Under the pieces are notes generated by a model. It had not been told where the DNA came from. It searched no databases and saw nothing but the letters and a program-made list of their open reading frames with translations. 64,000 nt of DNA from an uncultured Pseudomonadota bacterium (lineage in GTDB: Bacteria; Pseudomonadota; Gammaproteobacteria; Xanthomonadales; Wenzhouxiangellaceae), in contig CAKZPB010000137.1 in assembly GCA_937138395.1 (NCBI GenBank), forward strand, positions 13,355-77,354, in the 5' to 3' direction. Both the position numbers and the translations under genes were made by a program. Of this stretch, positions 18,741 through 27,635 are shown piece by piece (within the stretch, counting starts at the first letter, position 1; each line of letters starts with the position of its first letter).

Positions 18741-18921
18741 TCCTTAGACCTCAACGAATCAATCTACACGCCTGCCGACAGGTAATTCAACCCGACGACG
18801 CACTCCATCCGGGGTTCATCCTCAAAGCCATCGAACCGTCCGGTTGGGTCGTTATTCGGCCTGTTGTTCAGGGTGCCAGGTGTTCTCAGGTTTTGAGAAG
18901 CCCAACACCGATGCTTCGAGC

Positions 18922-21900
18922 ATGAGCAACATGCTTCAAACCGGTTTATTCACGGAGCAGATCCTTGAATGTTCAAGACCCACCCTGAAGGCATTGGAGG
19001 GCTGGTGCCAGCAGCGATTGGGCCCGCCAACGGCCGTTCAGCAGGCGGCCTGGCCGATCATACGCGAGGGCCGGCATGCCTTGCTGTTGAGTGCAACCGG
19101 ACAGGGCAAGAGTCTGGGCGGGTGGCTGCCGCTAGTGGAACGATGCCTCGAATCGGGGGCAGTCCAGGGGCAACTGCAAGCACTGCACATTGCCCCGCTG
19201 AAGGCGCTGGCCTGCGATATGACGCACAACCTGCAGCCGCTGATGCTGGCGGCCAGTGCTATTTCCCGTCGAAAGATCGTGATGGAACACCGCAGTGGTG
19301 ATACCTCGGGCTACGAGCGAGATCGACAGCTGCGCAAACCGCCGGCGTTTCTGGCTACCACGCCGGAAACGCTGTTCATTCTGCTGTCGAGCCAACGGGG
19401 TCGCAGGTTGCTGCGCACGGTTCGGACGGTTGTGATCGATGAGCTGCACGCCATGGCCCAGAGCAAGCGCGGCGCGCACCTGGCGCTGAGTCTCGAGCGC
19501 TTGGATCGGTTGACGCGCAAGCCGGTGCAGCGCATCGGGCTCTCCGCCACGGCGCGACCCGCCGATACGCTGGCCGACTGGCTGACCGGTGGTCGCGACT
19601 GCGAGATCATTCAAGCGGACTCGAAAAAGACCTCGACGGTGCAGATCGAGCGATTGGCAGCGCCACTCGGGCCGTTTCCGCATCACGGCCACTGGCAGCA
19701 GGTGCATGAGCGAATCGCGGAGCTGGCCATCGCGCTTCGTCCTGGAGCAGGCATGTTGGTGTTCTGCTCGACGCGTGGACAGGTCGAACAGACGTCTGCG
19801 GCGTTGGCCGAACGGATCGGTCAATCCAATATCGGCGCACATCACGGCAGCCTGGATCGCAAACACCGCGAACAGATCGAACAGCGCTTTCGAGCCGGCG
19901 AGTTGAGCGTGATTGTCAGCAGTGCCTCGCTGGAACTGGGCATTGATCTGGGTGAAATCGAGTGTGTCTGCCAAATTGGCAGCATCGGTTCAATTAACCG
20001 TTTATGTCAACGTGCAGGCCGCAGCGGACATCGTCCAGGCGCTCGTACCATCGCGCACGTGTTTCCACTGACGTTGAATCAATGGCTCGAGGCAGAAGCG
20101 GCATCGGATGCAATCCAGCAATCAGAAATCGAAGCGACAGTACCCATTCCGGCACCGCTGGATGTGTTGGCGCAGCAAGTCCTGGCCGTCGTTGTTTCTT
20201 CAGGAGCTTTGAAGGCAGATGACGTGTATCAATGGGTCACGCAGGCGTATCCTTGGCGTAACCTGTGTCGCGATTCGTTTGACGAAGTTATTCAAGCGTT
20301 ATTGTTGCAGCCGGTCAATGGCGTTGGAGATCAATCGACATTGCTGAGCCAGACAGAGGGACAACGCTTACAGGCCCACCCGCATGCCGCAAGGCTCGTG
20401 ATGAGCAACGCCGGTACCATTCCGGAGTGGTTTCAGTACGACGTTGTTGATGCCGCCAACCAGCAGCTGCTCGGCCAGCTGGACGAGGAGTTTGCCTTCG
20501 ATTCGTCGGTCGGTGATGTGATTCAGCTTGGCAACCGCCCGTATCAAATTGTTCGTACCCGACCGGGCACGATTCAAGTGCTGCCCTATGACGGCGATGC
20601 GGTGCAGGTGCCGTTCTGGTTCGGTGATGGTGCAGGTCGCTCGCCTGAACTGAGCGCGCGACTGTTGAGGCGGCTTGAGTCGGGTCAGTGTTCACCAATG
20701 GTTCGTGATTGGTTGAAACGAATCCACAATGTGTTCGGTGCACTGCCGGCCCGGCATCGACTATTGATCGAACGCTTTCGCGATCCGAACAACGATCGCC
20801 ATATCGTGCTGCACACCTTTGCCGGGGCCCGAATGAATCGAGCCTGGGGCCTGGCACTGCGCAAGCGCTTCTGCCGGCAGTTCAATTTCGAACTGCAGGC
20901 CGCGGCCACTGATGACGGCATCCTGATCTCGATCGGTACAGAAAGCACATTCGACGTCGACGCTATTGTGCGTTTTGTGACGTCCAAGACTGCCCGCGGT
21001 GTAGTAATCCAGGCGCTGCTCGACACGCCGCTGTTCGTGACGCGTTTTCGATGGTGTGCCAATACTGCGCTCAGCGTGCTGCGGGTCGATGCACAGGGTC
21101 CGGTCTCGCCGCAGATTCAGCGCAACCGGACCGAGAACCTGATCGAACAGGTATTCCCCGACCAGCTGGCCTGCCTGGAGAACCTGAGCGGTCCGCGCGA
21201 AGTGCCGGATCATCCGCTGGTGCAGCAGGCGCTGAATGATTGCCTGCACGAGCATATGGACATTGAGGGCCTCGAAACCTACCTCGAAAAGATCGAGTCG
21301 GCCAGGATCAAGGTCATCGCGCTGGACCTGGATGAACCCTCGCCATTGGCCGAAAGCCTGATCCACGCGCCGCCACATAGCTTCCTGGACGAGGAGGCAG
21401 CAGAAGAGCGTCGCACGCGCAGTTTCGAGTCCAGGCCGGGTTCACCCTTTGATGCAAGGCGCATGAAACAGCGAAGTCGGCATCAGTCATCTGTTGGTTC
21501 CAGTCACCCGATCGTACTGCCATCCGGAACCGAATCACTGCTTGCCTTGCTGGATCGAGTAGCTTATTTGCGATCCGATGAAGGGGAGGCCGGTATCGGG
21601 CAATCCGGACAAGTGGTCCAAGGTGGCTGGACTGCTGCTTTTCAAGCATTGATGCGACGCCGAGAGGCATTTGCGATTCGACCGGATGGTGGGTCCAGCC
21701 ATTCAATCACCCTTTGGACTAGTCGAGTCCACCTCGCGGCTTTTTATCGATTGATGCCAGAGGCCTTGATCAGGCCCTGGATGCCAGGCTCGCTGGTTTC
21801 TGAGCAGTCCATGGATTTTCAGGCGTGTTTGCGTCGCCTCGTTCGATCTCGAGTCAAGCTATGGAATGAGTATGACCCCGTCGGTTTGTCTCGTGAGTTG

Positions 21901-21963
21901 CATTGCAGTCCCGCGATGATCGATGAAGTTGCCGGGCGAGTGGTGGCAAGTTCTACTCTGTAA
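18922..21963 (+). CDS. lhr: Lhr-family DExH-box ATP-dependent helicase
   Basis: PTAVQQAAW (Q-motif-like), SATGQGKSL (Walker A), VIDELH (DExH), helicase-C region (HHGSLDR, QRAGRSGH), followed by a long Lhr-type C-terminal region. Start chosen at MSNMLQ (18922). Confidence 0.85.
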   Translation: MSNMLQTGLFTEQILECSRPTLKALEGWCQQRLGPPTAVQQAAWPIIREGRHALLLSATGQGKSLGGWLPLVERCLESGAVQGQLQALHIAPLKALACDMTHNLQPLMLAASAISRRKIVMEHRSGDTSGYERDRQLRKPPAFLATTPETLFILLSSQRGRRLLRTVRTVVIDELHAMAQSKRGAHLALSLERLDRLTRKPVQRIGLSATARPADTLADWLTGGRDCEIIQADSKKTSTVQIERLAAPLGPFPHHGHWQQVHERIAELAIALRPGAGMLVFCSTRGQVEQTSAALAERIGQSNIGAHHGSLDRKHREQIEQRFRAGELSVIVSSASLELGIDLGEIECVCQIGSIGSINRLCQRAGRSGHRPGARTIAHVFPLTLNQWLEAEAASDAIQQSEIEATVPIPAPLDVLAQQVLAVVVSSGALKADDVYQWVTQAYPWRNLCRDSFDEVIQALLLQPVNGVGDQSTLLSQTEGQRLQAHPHAARLVMSNAGTIPEWFQYDVVDAANQQLLGQLDEEFAFDSSVGDVIQLGNRPYQIVRTRPGTIQVLPYDGDAVQVPFWFGDGAGRSPELSARLLRRLESGQCSPMVRDWLKRIHNVFGALPARHRLLIERFRDPNNDRHIVLHTFAGARMNRAWGLALRKRFCRQFNFELQAAATDDGILISIGTESTFDVDAIVRFVTSKTARGVVIQALLDTPLFVTRFRWCANTALSVLRVDAQGPVSPQIQRNRTENLIEQVFPDQLACLENLSGPREVPDHPLVQQALNDCLHEHMDIEGLETYLEKIESARIKVIALDLDEPSPLAESLIHAPPHSFLDEEAAEERRTRSFESRPGSPFDARRMKQRSRHQSSVGSSHPIVLPSGTESLLALLDRVAYLRSDEGEAGIGQSGQVVQGGWTAAFQALMRRREAFAIRPDGGSSHSITLWTSRVHLAAFYRLMPEALIRPWMPGSLVSEQSMDFQACLRRLVRSRVKLWNEYDPVGLSRELHCSPAMIDEVAGRVVASSTL

Positions 21964-22005
21964 TCATGCTGCCGGAAGGTCCGGCTGCATGCATTGGTGG
22001 CGCAC

Positions 22006-22398
22006 TCAGGGCTCAATTTGTCCGTCGTCTTCTTCGATTTCATTGCCTCGCATCAGGCAGAAACCGGTGTAATCGATGATGAAATCACCAGCTTCCGTGG
22101 TTTCCCCGAAGCCATTGACCGTCAGGCGGCAGCGGATCCTCGGGCCGGCCAGCGAATCCATCATCAGGATGCGACCGACGGTCTGGCCGGTGTTGAGGTT
22201 GACGTCGAAGCGAAATTCATCATCCTGGAGTTGGATCCGGGCAATCCTTTCGGTACCCAGTTTTTACTGGCGCTGTATGCACTGAATGAGCGAAAGAGTG
22301 ACGTTGATAAACTACTGGAATCCATCAGCGTTGAGCTTGCCTATCATCCTGCCGTCAGAATCAGTCGATTCCTGGGTATTGTTGAGACGCTTCGACAT
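22006..22398 (-). pseudogene. Possible disrupted small gene (two in-frame stops). Competes with a Met-less + strand ORF at 21994..22401
   Basis: The minus frame has an AGGG Shine-Dalgarno-like sequence, an ATG and 131 codons. It is interrupted by TAG (22314-22312) and TAA (22266-22264). The last 85 codons read like a natural beta-rich protein. Confidence 0.25.
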
Positions 22399-22531
22399 TA
22401 ACCCTGAGTTTCAGGCTCTGCTGGATCAGGTACGCACGATTTGGTCGAATCGATTTCAGGGAAAGACAGTTAAATAACAGTAGTGCGGTACTATTAGCAG
22501 ATCAATTAACGCCAAGCACTTCATCGATTCA

Positions 22532-23533
22532 ATGACGCAGAGCGCACCGACCAATCAGATTCCCATCACCGTCAAAAGCGGTGAGAAAGTCCAGAAACCA
22601 CAGGGCTTCACGGCCATTCGTGACGGTATCAAGCGTCAGCGGGATCCGAATATCGCGCCGATCGGGCGCAAGCCGGAGTGGTTGCGCGTGCGGCTGCCGT
22701 CCGGCGGCAAATACGAGCAGGTCAAGACCAACGTCAAGACGCATCGGCTGGCCACGGTCTGCGAGGAATCCAAGTGTCCGAATATCGGCGAGTGCTGGAA
22801 CGCCGGCACGGCCACGATCATGTTGATGGGCGATGTCTGCACGCGCGCCTGCCGCTTCTGTTCTGTGGATACCGGCAACCCGCGCGGCTGGCTGGATCCG
22901 GATGAACCGGCCAATGCCGCCGAGTCGGTCCGCCTGATGGATCTGAAATACATCGTATTGACCTCGGTCGACCGCGATGATCTGGCCGATGGCGGGGCCG
23001 GGCACTATGCCGACTGCGTGCGCGCAATCAAGCAGGTCAATCCGCAAACGGCGGTCGAAGCACTGACGCCGGATTTTCAGGGTCGCAATGAATGCGTCGA
23101 AACCGTGGTTGATTCGGGCCTGGAGGTGTTTGCGCAGAATGTCGAAACCGTCGAGCGCCTGACCCACCCGGTGCGTGATCCGCGCGCGGGCTATGAACAG
23201 ACGCTGGACGTGCTGGAGCACGCCAAACAACATCGGCCAACGGTGTTGACCAAGACCAGTTTGATGCTGGGGCTGGGCGAAACCGACGACGAGGTGTTGC
23301 ACTGCATGGACGACTTGCGCGAGCGCAACGTGGATATCGTGACCTTTGGACAATACCTTCGCCCGACCATCAATCACTTGCCGGTCGAACGATACGTTAC
23401 GCCCGATCAATTCCACTATTTTCGGGAACAGGGGCTGGAGCGGGGATTCCTCGAGGTCGTGTCTGGACCGCTGGTCCGCTCCAGCTATCGAGCCGAGCGC
23501 GTGCTGGAGAAAAACAACGTTGGCCTTGGCTAG
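22532..23533 (+). CDS. lipA: Lipoyl synthase
   Basis: [13 protein letters not shown] and [10 protein letters not shown] cluster motifs, plus a typical LipA C-terminus. Confidence 0.96.
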   Translation: MTQSAPTNQIPITVKSGEKVQKPQGFTAIRDGIKRQRDPNIAPIGRKPEWLRVRLPSGGKYEQVKTNVKTHRLATVCEESKCPNIGECWNAGTATIMLMGDVCTRACRFCSVDTGNPRGWLDPDEPANAAESVRLMDLKYIVLTSVDRDDLADGGAGHYADCVRAIKQVNPQTAVEALTPDFQGRNECVETVVDSGLEVFAQNVETVERLTHPVRDPRAGYEQTLDVLEHAKQHRPTVLTKTSLMLGLGETDDEVLHCMDDLRERNVDIVTFGQYLRPTINHLPVERYVTPDQFHYFREQGLERGFLEVVSGPLVRSSYRAERVLEKNNVGLG

Positions 23534-23545
23534 CTCCGCTACGCA

Positions 23546-23911
23546 GTGAACGAGAATCAAGACGAGTTGATCGCTGCGCTCAGCAGGATTCTCGAACAAA
23601 CACGGCTACAATATTCCACTTTGACGTATGTGCAGGCCGCAGATGCAGTACCTGTTCCTGCGCCCTACAGAATACATACGCTGACCATGCTGCTGGAAGC
23701 ACTGATGGATCGGGATGCCGCGGATCAGAAACCACTGCGGGCAGCGCTCGTGATCAGCCGGCGTCGAAATGGTCTGCCGGCAGACGGGTTTTTCATCAAA
23801 GCCGAAGCACTGGGGCTTTTTGATGGAACGGATCCAGGGCAATTTCATCAACGCTGTCTTGATGCGCTCTATAACCGCGCTGGTGCGGCTCCAAATCCGC
23901 CTGGCCATTGA
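23546..23911 (+). CDS. Hypothetical protein (121 aa)
   Basis: GTG-start ORF 13 nt after lipA on the same strand. No motif recognised. Confidence 0.5.
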   Translation: MNENQDELIAALSRILEQTRLQYSTLTYVQAADAVPVPAPYRIHTLTMLLEALMDRDAADQKPLRAALVISRRRNGLPADGFFIKAEALGLFDGTDPGQFHQRCLDALYNRAGAAPNPPGH

Positions 23912-23933
23912 AAGCAATTTCGGGAGTTACTGA

Positions 23934-26141
23934 ATGAAAAAGGATTATTGGATGATATTGACACTGCTAAGTGCAGTCACGCTTGGGGGATGTGCTGATC
24001 CGTCGGAGAATTCCGTCGAGGAACCGGCTACCTCTGACTCTTCAGTCGCCGTTACAGCAGCGAATGACCCTGCGGTGCCTGACACGGTACCACTTCCGCC
24101 GATTGCCGAGAAACGCCCTCATACCGTCAGCGCCCCGGGCGGCGATCGAGTCGATCCGTATTACTGGATGCGTGATGATACGCGCGAGGATCCTGAAGTC
24201 ATTGCCTGGCTTGAGGGTGAGAATGAGTACATTGAAGCACGCCTTGCGCATACTGAAACACTCCAGGACACGCTGGTCGATGAGCTCAGAGGCCGGATCA
24301 AGGAAGACGATAGCTCGGTTCCCTTTGAATCGAACGGCTACTTTTATTACACGCGCTATGAAGCCGGCAGCGAATACCCAATCTATGCGCGACGCCAGGG
24401 CAGCATGGACGGGGAAGAGCAGATCATGCTGAACGTGGCCGAGATGGCCGAAGGCAAGGACTTCTTCCAGATCGGGAACTGGGCAGTCTCGGAAAACGGT
24501 CGTCATCTGGCCTGGCTTCAGGACGAAGTGGGTCGCAGGCAGTTCAAGCTGATGTTCAAGGATCTGGACACCGGTGAAGTGATAGACACCGGCCTGACGG
24601 GCATTTCATCGATCACCTGGGCGGCGGATAACCAGACGCTGTTCTACGTCGCCAATGATCCGGAAACGCTCCGCTCGCGGTTTGTGCGTCAATATATTCT
24701 GGGCGCTGAAAATACCGCAGAGAATCTGTACGACGAAGACGATGCTTCGTTCTACACCGGGGTCAGTAAAACAGCATCCGGTCGCTTTAATTTCATTTAC
24801 GTGGGCTCGACCGTATCGTCGGAAATGCGCATTTTCGATAGTCAGAATCCCGAGCTAGGCTTTCAGGTGCTGTTTCCGCGTGAGCGTGATCACGAATACA
24901 TTGCTGACCATGCCAATGGCCGCTGGGTGATTCGAAGCAACTGGGAAGCACCCAACTTCAGGCTGATGCAGGCTGCTGAAGATCAGATCAACGACCGTGA
25001 TCAATGGTCGGATCTCATTGCTCATAGCGAAGACAATTTTATCCACAACTTCAACCTTTTCAATGAGTTCGTAGCCGTAAGCGAGCGGTCTGACGGCTTG
25101 CGTCGACTGCGCGTGCTTAACTTCGCAACTGGCGATTCAGAACTGATCGAGTTTGATGAAGCGGCCTACGCGGCCTATCTGAGCACTAATGAAAACCCGG
25201 CGAGTCAGCGACTTCGCTACGCCTATACCTCCATGACTACACCAACATCGATTTTTGAAATTGACGTGGTCAACGGTGATCGAGAGCTACTCAAACAACA
25301 GGAAATCCCGAGCGGGTTTGATTCGGCCGATTACCAGACCGATCGACTCTGGATTGAAGTACGCGATGGCACCATGGTGCCGGTCTCGATTCTGCACCAT
25401 GTCGACACACCGCTGGATGGCACTGCGCCGTTATATCAATATGCGTATGGTTCGTATGGCTCATCAAGCGAACCAACGTTTTCGACCAACCGCCTGAGCC
25501 TGGTCGACCGGGGATTTGTATTTGCCATAGCGCATATCCGAGGCGGGCAGGAAATGGGACGCACCTGGTATGACCAGGGCAAACTTCTTAATAAAATCAA
25601 TACGTTTTCTGATTTTATTGATGTAACTTCTGGGTTAGTGGACCGCAACCTGGTCGATCCGGACCGGGTGTTTGCCATGGGCGGAAGCGCGGGTGGATTG
25701 CTGATGGGCGCCGTGGCCAATATGGCCCCTGACCACTATGCGGGCATTATTGCTCACGTGCCGTTCGTGGACGTGGTCACGACGATGCTGGACGAATCCA
25801 TCCCGCTGACAACCAACGAATTCGATGAATGGGGTAACCCCATGAAGCCCGAGTTCTATGACTACATGCTGTCTTACTCACCCTACGACAACGTCAGCGC
25901 CCAGGCCTATCCTGCGATGCTGGTAACAACCGGTCTTTGGGATTCTCAGGTCCAGTACTGGGAGCCGGCGAAGTGGGTCGCGCGTTTGCGTGAGCTCAAG
26001 ACCGATCGCAACCCCCTGTTGTTGTACACCGACATGGAGGCCGGCCACGGCGGCAGCTCCGGCCGGTTTGAACGCCTGGAACGCGTGGCAATGGAGTACG
26101 CCTTCGTGCTGGATCAGGCCGGGATGATCGGCGCTGATTGA
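23934..26141 (+). CDS. ptrB: Oligopeptidase B / protease II (S9A prolyl oligopeptidase family), lipoprotein signal
   Basis: Lipobox TLGGCAD, DPYYWMRDD, catalytic Ser context GGSAGGLLMG, and C-terminal EAGHGG. Confidence 0.9.
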   Translation: MKKDYWMILTLLSAVTLGGCADPSENSVEEPATSDSSVAVTAANDPAVPDTVPLPPIAEKRPHTVSAPGGDRVDPYYWMRDDTREDPEVIAWLEGENEYIEARLAHTETLQDTLVDELRGRIKEDDSSVPFESNGYFYYTRYEAGSEYPIYARRQGSMDGEEQIMLNVAEMAEGKDFFQIGNWAVSENGRHLAWLQDEVGRRQFKLMFKDLDTGEVIDTGLTGISSITWAADNQTLFYVANDPETLRSRFVRQYILGAENTAENLYDEDDASFYTGVSKTASGRFNFIYVGSTVSSEMRIFDSQNPELGFQVLFPRERDHEYIADHANGRWVIRSNWEAPNFRLMQAAEDQINDRDQWSDLIAHSEDNFIHNFNLFNEFVAVSERSDGLRRLRVLNFATGDSELIEFDEAAYAAYLSTNENPASQRLRYAYTSMTTPTSIFEIDVVNGDRELLKQQEIPSGFDSADYQTDRLWIEVRDGTMVPVSILHHVDTPLDGTAPLYQYAYGSYGSSSEPTFSTNRLSLVDRGFVFAIAHIRGGQEMGRTWYDQGKLLNKINTFSDFIDVTSGLVDRNLVDPDRVFAMGGSAGGLLMGAVANMAPDHYAGIIAHVPFVDVVTTMLDESIPLTTNEFDEWGNPMKPEFYDYMLSYSPYDNVSAQAYPAMLVTTGLWDSQVQYWEPAKWVARLRELKTDRNPLLLYTDMEAGHGGSSGRFERLERVAMEYAFVLDQAGMIGAD

Positions 26142-26191
26142 TGATGGCATGCCTGGTCCTCAAACCGGGTCATGCAGTCATGCACTAGCGG

Positions 26192-26731
26192 ATGCGCTGG
26201 GCCCGACTTAAGTTTCTGCGTGGTTCCAGGCAGCAGCGTAGTCGAATTCGCGAGTGGCTCGAGAATCGCCCGGGCGTGGCCCGCGTATTGCGTCGGGGTG
26301 GTGGGTTGCACGTCACCGAGTATTCATTGGCCAGGGGCGTTGCCCTGGGCCTGTTTATCGGCCTCACACCGACGGTGGGGCTTCAGTTCATTCTGCTGGT
26401 CATTGCTTGTATCATTTTCCGCGCGAATTTTCCGGCTTCGCTGATCATTTCTCTGGTCAGTAATCCCTTCACCATGGCGCCGCTGTACTTCGGCTACAAC
26501 CGGATCGGCCAGTACCTGCTGCCCCTGATTCCGTTTGCTGCCCAGCCTGCCGATGAAATCGGCGTAGAAATCGCTCGTGAAACGCTGGCCCTGATTCTCG
26601 GAAGCCTCGTGGTAGCCATTCCGTGCACCGTTATGGGCTATTTCGGCTTTTTGTGGGCATGGCGAATGCTGCGTCTGAAACTGCCCTATACAGCCCGGCT
26701 GGACATTGACGAACAGCCACCGTCCTCTTGA
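26192..26731 (+). CDS. DUF2062-family membrane protein
   Basis: SLARGVALGLFIGLTPTVGLQFILLV...NPFTMAPLY is characteristic of DUF2062. Confidence 0.75.
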   Translation: MRWARLKFLRGSRQQRSRIREWLENRPGVARVLRRGGGLHVTEYSLARGVALGLFIGLTPTVGLQFILLVIACIIFRANFPASLIISLVSNPFTMAPLYFGYNRIGQYLLPLIPFAAQPADEIGVEIARETLALILGSLVVAIPCTVMGYFGFLWAWRMLRLKLPYTARLDIDEQPPSS

Positions 26732-26734
26732 TGG

Positions 26735-27304
26735 CTAAGCGCGCAAATTCAGAAACACCCGCACAATACTGGGAAATTCGTCAAGTTCCCTGACCTTGAA
26801 GCCGAGCCGCTCGGTCAATCGAAGCATGCCGTGGTTTTCGAGCATGACATCACCGTATACCTGATGGAGTCTTTTCTTGCGACACCACTCGATCATGCGA
26901 CGCATCAGGTACTCACCCAGACCAAAACCACTGAGTTCACGACCAATAATGATCGCAAACTCCGCTTCTTTTCCATTCGGCTCCACTGCGGCACGAACCA
27001 CACCGCCAATCAGCGCAACCGGCGGCGGATCCAGCTCAACGACGACCAGCGCGAACGCCTGCTTCGGGTCAATGGTGCTCAACTGGCGTGCATAGGCAGG
27101 CGTCAGCTCAGTCATCGGGTGCAAAAAACGAAAGCGGATCTCTTCGGCAGTCAGCAGGCCGAAACTGGTTCTCAAGGCTGCATCATCATCCGGTTCAATC
27201 GGCCGAATCAGCAGCCGCCTGCCATTGGCAAGCTCGATGGCCTCGCACCACGGCCGCCCCAGTGGTAAACGACGAAATCTAGGCGTTCTACGGCTGCTTG
27301 TCAT
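26735..27304 (-). CDS. GNAT-family N-acetyltransferase
   Basis: Acetyl-CoA pocket-like segment IIIGRELSGFGLGEYLMRRMIEW; 189 aa. Confidence 0.75.
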   Translation of the reverse strand: MTSSRRTPRFRRLPLGRPWCEAIELANGRRLLIRPIEPDDDAALRTSFGLLTAEEIRFRFLHPMTELTPAYARQLSTIDPKQAFALVVVELDPPPVALIGGVVRAAVEPNGKEAEFAIIIGRELSGFGLGEYLMRRMIEWCRKKRLHQVYGDVMLENHGMLRLTERLGFKVRELDEFPSIVRVFLNLRA

Positions 27305-27368
27305 TCGGCCCTCGGCCCACCCTTGGTTAGCCGTATCATGACAGCTTCAGTGGACTATGTAACGATTG

Positions 27369-27635
27369 ATGAGTGATTTCGACTTGCAGACAGACCTGTT
27401 CCAGGAACGTGAACGAAAACTGATTGCACAAGCGCTTCAACTGGATCAGACCGATGGCTCTCAAGCGGCACTCTTGATTCGCAGCCGAATCCGGAATTTG
27501 TTGAACAAGTATCGCGCACTGGTCAAACGCCGCCGCTTGCGATCGGAAATCGATCAGCGGGATGTCGAGCGCACAGAATATCTTGCCTGGTTGCTTGAAC
27601 AGATCACTCCGACGTCATCTTCGCCGTCTCGATAG
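27369..27635 (+). CDS. Hypothetical small helical protein (88 aa)
   Basis: ATG-start ORF divergent from the GNAT gene. Its 3' end overlaps the convergent hydrolase gene by 32 nt. No motif recognised. Confidence 0.35.
   Translation: MSDFDLQTDLFQERERKLIAQALQLDQTDGSQAALLIRSRIRNLLNKYRALVKRRRLRSEIDQRDVERTEYLAWLLEQITPTSSSPSR

Noticed and set aside
18488-18754. 88-aa and 68-aa minus-strand ORFs in the lhr upstream gap
   Set aside because: The translations are Pro/Gly/Ser/Arg-rich with no Shine-Dalgarno sequence. The region is better explained by its dense base-pairing potential (see the finding on the lhr upstream gap).
19132-19974. 280-aa ORF on the minus strand inside lhr
   Set aside because: Antisense to the helicase core motifs. 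The translation is Arg/Gln-rich with no recognisable domain.
22529-23599. 356-aa ORF on the minus strand
   Set aside because: It is entirely antisense to lipA, whose identity is unambiguous (Fe-S cluster motifs). The ORF is a typical shadow ORF of a GC-rich gene, with an Arg/Ala/Gly-rich low-complexity translation.
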